Shown piece by piece: positions 61,068 through 64,000 of a stretch of DNA of 64,000 nt (position 1 is the first letter of the stretch; each line of letters starts with the position of its first letter). The DNA lies in contig CAXXUO010000001.1 in NCBI GenBank assembly GCA_963666485.2, positions 1,088,001 through 1,152,000 of the forward strand, written 5' to 3'. The DNA is from Syntrophorhabdaceae bacterium. Lineage in GTDB: Bacteria > Desulfobacterota > Syntrophorhabdia > Syntrophorhabdales > Syntrophorhabdaceae. The notes beneath the pieces were generated by a model that worked only from the letters and a program-made list of their open reading frames with translations, was not told the origin of the DNA and made no database searches. The translations under genes and the position numbers were made by a program.

Positions 61068-61110
61068 CCGGCGCCCGAAAAAGAATTAACAACGGGACGG
61101 GGAGAGTACA

Positions 61111-61275
61111 ATGCAGAGAGAGAAAAAAAAGAGCGAAACTTTTTTCCGGGCGGTCCGTATTGCGAAGGCGGTAACGACACTGGCGGTCGTCGCCGTGCCG
61201 GTCGTGACGGCGGTAGGTATTATCGCGGGCTACGGGGCATATTCGCTTTTCAGGCGTATACGGCGATCACGCTAA
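61111..61275 (+). CDS. Small single-TM protein (54 aa)
   Basis: GGAG RBS; MQREKKKSETFFRAVRIAKAVTTLAVVAVPVVTAVGIIAGYGAYSLFRRIRRSR. Confidence 0.6.
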   Translation: MQREKKKSETFFRAVRIAKAVTTLAVVAVPVVTAVGIIAGYGAYSLFRRIRRSR

Positions 61276-61393
61276 GGCAATTTAGCATATCCGGGCATGC
61301 GATGTGATCCGGAATAAAAGTTGGCGGGAAAGCTGAATCGGGGAATTAGGTTACAGGTAACAGGCTATGGGTTGCAGGGGCGCTTGTTGCCCG

Positions 61394-61546
61394 TCACTTT
61401 GACGTGTCCTGAAGGTCCTGTTTTTCCCCGGAAGATGGTTGATGCCCGACGTAAATGATCTGGTTGCAGCAGACCGCGATGAACCTGGTCCCGAACGGGA
61501 TGATACTTACTTCCTTGCCGCAGTGAGGACATCTCTTTTTTACCAT
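61394..61546 (-). CDS. Small Cys-rich putative zinc-finger protein (50 aa)
   Basis: AGGGGG RBS; MVKKRCPHCGKEVSIIPFGTRFIAVCCNQIIY.. Confidence 0.65.
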   Translation of the reverse strand: MVKKRCPHCGKEVSIIPFGTRFIAVCCNQIIYVGHQPSSGEKQDLQDTSK

Positions 61547-61711
61547 GCCTGATCCCCCTAAGAACCCACTTGGATCGTACCATGAAAACGGCCCGGGCGT
61601 TCCACCTTTTTTTGGGGATAAAATATGGGTATTATAACCATATTATTGGAGGGACCGGGCCTCATTTGAAAAAACAGCTTTTTTGGTGTACATTTATGTC
61701 GTTTCCGGCCT

Positions 61712-62533
61712 GTGACGGCAGGTCTCAATAAGGTGACCAGGGTAGCACATCTCGATATAGCTTACGGAAGATACAGGAATACGGTCCCGGAAGATTTTGA
61801 CCGGGACCCGGTGTCGTTCGTTCACCGTTTCAGCAATAACGGCGACCGGGAAATAGCCGGTTTTATAGCGGCCCAGTTCGCGTACGGCAAGATCGGGCTC
61901 TTTATGGGTTTTCTCGAGCGGTTATTCGCTGCGATGGACAATGACCCGGCCGGATTTGTGAGGAACGGCCGGTGGGACGCACTCGCCGGCCTGTATTACC
62001 GGTTCCAGAAGGCCGATGACCTCACCATGCTCTTTGAGGTGCTCAAAAGGATCCTCGATGAACACGGCACGCTCGGAGCCATGTTCCGTACGCTGTATGA
62101 CGGCGATACGCAGAAGGCCATATGGCGCATCCGCAAGATGTATGTGCCCGATGATCGAAAGCTGCTGTTCTTTTTCCCGCGTACCGGTTCGGCCGGCGCC
62201 CAGAAGAGATGGAACATGTTCCTCCGGTGGATGGTGCGCAAGGATGACATCGACATCGGTATCTGGGATTTTATCGACCCCGCCGATCTCGTCGTCCCGC
62301 TCGATACCCACATTTACAAGATCGGGAAGTGCTTGGGCTGGATAACCGGGAACGCGCCTTCGTTCCGGGCGGCACGCGAGGTCACGAAGGCCCTTAAAAA
62401 ATTCAGCCCGTCCGACCCGCTCAAGTATGATTTTTTCCTCTGCCACGGGGTCGGCATCTCGGCAGGGTGCACGGGCAGGAAAACAAAAAATTGCAAGGAG
62501 AGATGCGCCGTTTATGATATTCAGGATGATTAG
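61712..62533 (+). CDS. TIGR02757/DUF2400 family protein
   Basis: DPVSFVH, AYG, KRWNMFLRWMVRKD, PLDTH, DPLKYDF. Confidence 0.9.
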   Translation: MTAGLNKVTRVAHLDIAYGRYRNTVPEDFDRDPVSFVHRFSNNGDREIAGFIAAQFAYGKIGLFMGFLERLFAAMDNDPAGFVRNGRWDALAGLYYRFQKADDLTMLFEVLKRILDEHGTLGAMFRTLYDGDTQKAIWRIRKMYVPDDRKLLFFFPRTGSAGAQKRWNMFLRWMVRKDDIDIGIWDFIDPADLVVPLDTHIYKIGKCLGWITGNAPSFRAAREVTKALKKFSPSDPLKYDFFLCHGVGISAGCTGRKTKNCKERCAVYDIQDD

Positions 62534-63779
62534 CCTCGGGTGCCCGAAAAATCTCGTTGAGTCGGAGTACATCTGCGAGAGGCTGTGCGCGGCGGGCCAT
62601 GTTCAGGGTGACGACGGGGACACCGTTGTTGTCAACACGTGTGCATTTATTGCAGAGGCCGCCCGGGAATCGATCGAGACGATCCTCGAGGCCGCGAAAG
62701 ACAGCGGGAAAAAGATCATCGTCACGGGGTGCCTTGTCGAGAGGTATCGCGGGGACCTCACCGCGCTCCTGCCCGAGGTCCGCTCATTTATCGGCAGGGC
62801 ATGCTATGCAGACATTGCGGCACTTGTCGACCGTCCCGGTTTCCATTATCGCGATACCGGTTTTTCCGAAACGTTCCCCCGGCGCGTGCTGACGCCGCCC
62901 CCGAGCAGTTATCTGAAGATACAGGAAGGCTGCAACAACAGGTGCAATTACTGCACGATACCGTCGATCAGGGGAGGCCTGACGAGCAGGCCGTCCGGTG
63001 ACATCGCGTCCGAGTTCCGCTGGCTTCTTGACAACGGGTATCGCGAAATAAATGTGATAGGCCAGGATATCACGTCCTACGGGGCCGGCAGTCCGCGCGG
63101 CGAGAGCCTGGCGGGCCTCATCCGCCTGATACTCGAAGAGCCGCGTGATTTTTACCTGAGGCTTCTTTACATGCACCCGAAGGGCATTACAAAAGACCTC
63201 ATCGATATCATGCGCAGCGATCCCCGGATAATCCCGTACCTTGACGTGCCCATCCAGCACAGCGAGGACAGGATCCTGACGCTCATGGGGCGGGGGCACA
63301 CAAAGGCCTACCTCGAGGACATCCTGGAGATGATGCGCGAGCGCCTGCCCAAGGCAGTCTTGAGGACATCGATCATCGTGGGCTTCCCTTCCGAAACGGA
63401 TGCAGAGTTCGAGGCGCTTCTCGCCTTCCTGAAAGGCCACCCTTTCGATATGCTCGGCGCGTTCCGGTATGCACGGGAAGAAGGTACGCCCGCGTATAAG
63501 TTTAAAGGACAGGTGCCGAAGAGGGTCAAGGAAGAGAGGTACGCACGGCTCATGGAGGCGCAGAAAGATATCTCGCGCACGAGGCTTTCCCGGCTCAAAG
63601 GAACGATCGTCAAGGTCATCGTCGAGAATGCCGCCGAGGACGTCAAGACGGGCAGGATCCTTCTCCAGGCGCCGGACATCGACGGCATGGCATTCATAAG
63701 CGGGGATTGCCGCACGGGCGACATATGTGACGCGAAGGTCCTGAAAACACTTGATTATGATGTCGTAGTGGAAGTATAG
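62514..63779 (+). CDS. rimO: Ribosomal protein S12 methylthiotransferase
   Basis: SLGCPKNLV, NTCAFI, EGCNNRCNYCTIP, APDIDG TRAM. Confidence 0.95.
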   Translation: MIFRMISLGCPKNLVESEYICERLCAAGHVQGDDGDTVVVNTCAFIAEAARESIETILEAAKDSGKKIIVTGCLVERYRGDLTALLPEVRSFIGRACYADIAALVDRPGFHYRDTGFSETFPRRVLTPPPSSYLKIQEGCNNRCNYCTIPSIRGGLTSRPSGDIASEFRWLLDNGYREINVIGQDITSYGAGSPRGESLAGLIRLILEEPRDFYLRLLYMHPKGITKDLIDIMRSDPRIIPYLDVPIQHSEDRILTLMGRGHTKAYLEDILEMMRERLPKAVLRTSIIVGFPSETDAEFEALLAFLKGHPFDMLGAFRYAREEGTPAYKFKGQVPKRVKEERYARLMEAQKDISRTRLSRLKGTIVKVIVENAAEDVKTGRILLQAPDIDGMAFISGDCRTGDICDAKVLKTLDYDVVVEV

Positions 63780-63819
63780 AAATATATCGTTAATATACCG
63801 CCAGAACATTGAGGAAAAA

Positions 63820-64000
63820 ATGGAACCCATAAATGAACTGTATGCCGTGCGCAAGGATAAAGAGAAATACCTGAAGGAGCAGGGTATCGAGACGTACCCG
63901 CAGGACCGCGGTCCGTATATCACGACCGCGGATGTCGAGGCACGGTTCGGCGCCCTCGAAGCCGGCGAGCTCGAGAAGACGGATGAACGGGTCGCAATAG
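63820..64000 (+). CDS. lysS: Lysine--tRNA ligase, 3'-partial
   Basis: GAGG RBS; MEPINELYAVRKDKEKYLKEQGIETYP...ERVAI resembles the class II LysRS N-terminus. Confidence 0.75.
   Translation, partial: MEPINELYAVRKDKEKYLKEQGIETYPQDRGPYITTADVEARFGALEAGELEKTDERVAI

Overview
Bacterial chromosomal window, moderately GC-rich by eye. Gene content suggests an anaerobic deltaproteobacterial syntroph such as Syntrophorhabdus (inference only). The left arm (1-17.8 kb) is housekeeping: partial hisI, pgpA, pncC/cinA, thpR, recA, alaS, a Crp/Fnr regulator, nadE, carB, an atypical lgt homologue, rubredoxin/PerR/ferritin-like genes, epmA and tRNA-Ser(GCT). The centre (17.9-50 kb) is one co-oriented minus-strand block of 18 signalling genes. 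It has five HisKA_2-type kinases, four classical or hybrid kinases, two single-domain receivers, a sigma54 activator and an atypical chemosensory core. That core is REC-STAS, CheA with an MshEN-like insert, an N-terminally truncated CheR, a metallo-beta-lactamase-fold hydrolase where CheB/CheD would be expected, a soluble poly-HAMP MCP and CheW. Two sigma54 promoters with matching tandem enhancer palindromes lie upstream of the two sub-operons. The right arm has a patatin lipoprotein (probable ATT start), thyA, tRNA-Met, queE/queC/queH, a secreted serpin, a stand-alone Cache protein, a USP, two small ORFs missed by the ORF track, a TIGR02757-like gene, rimO and partial lysS. Intergenic regions carry a nested MITE-like element and inverted short tandem repeat arrays. 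All family calls come from motif recognition, not database searches.
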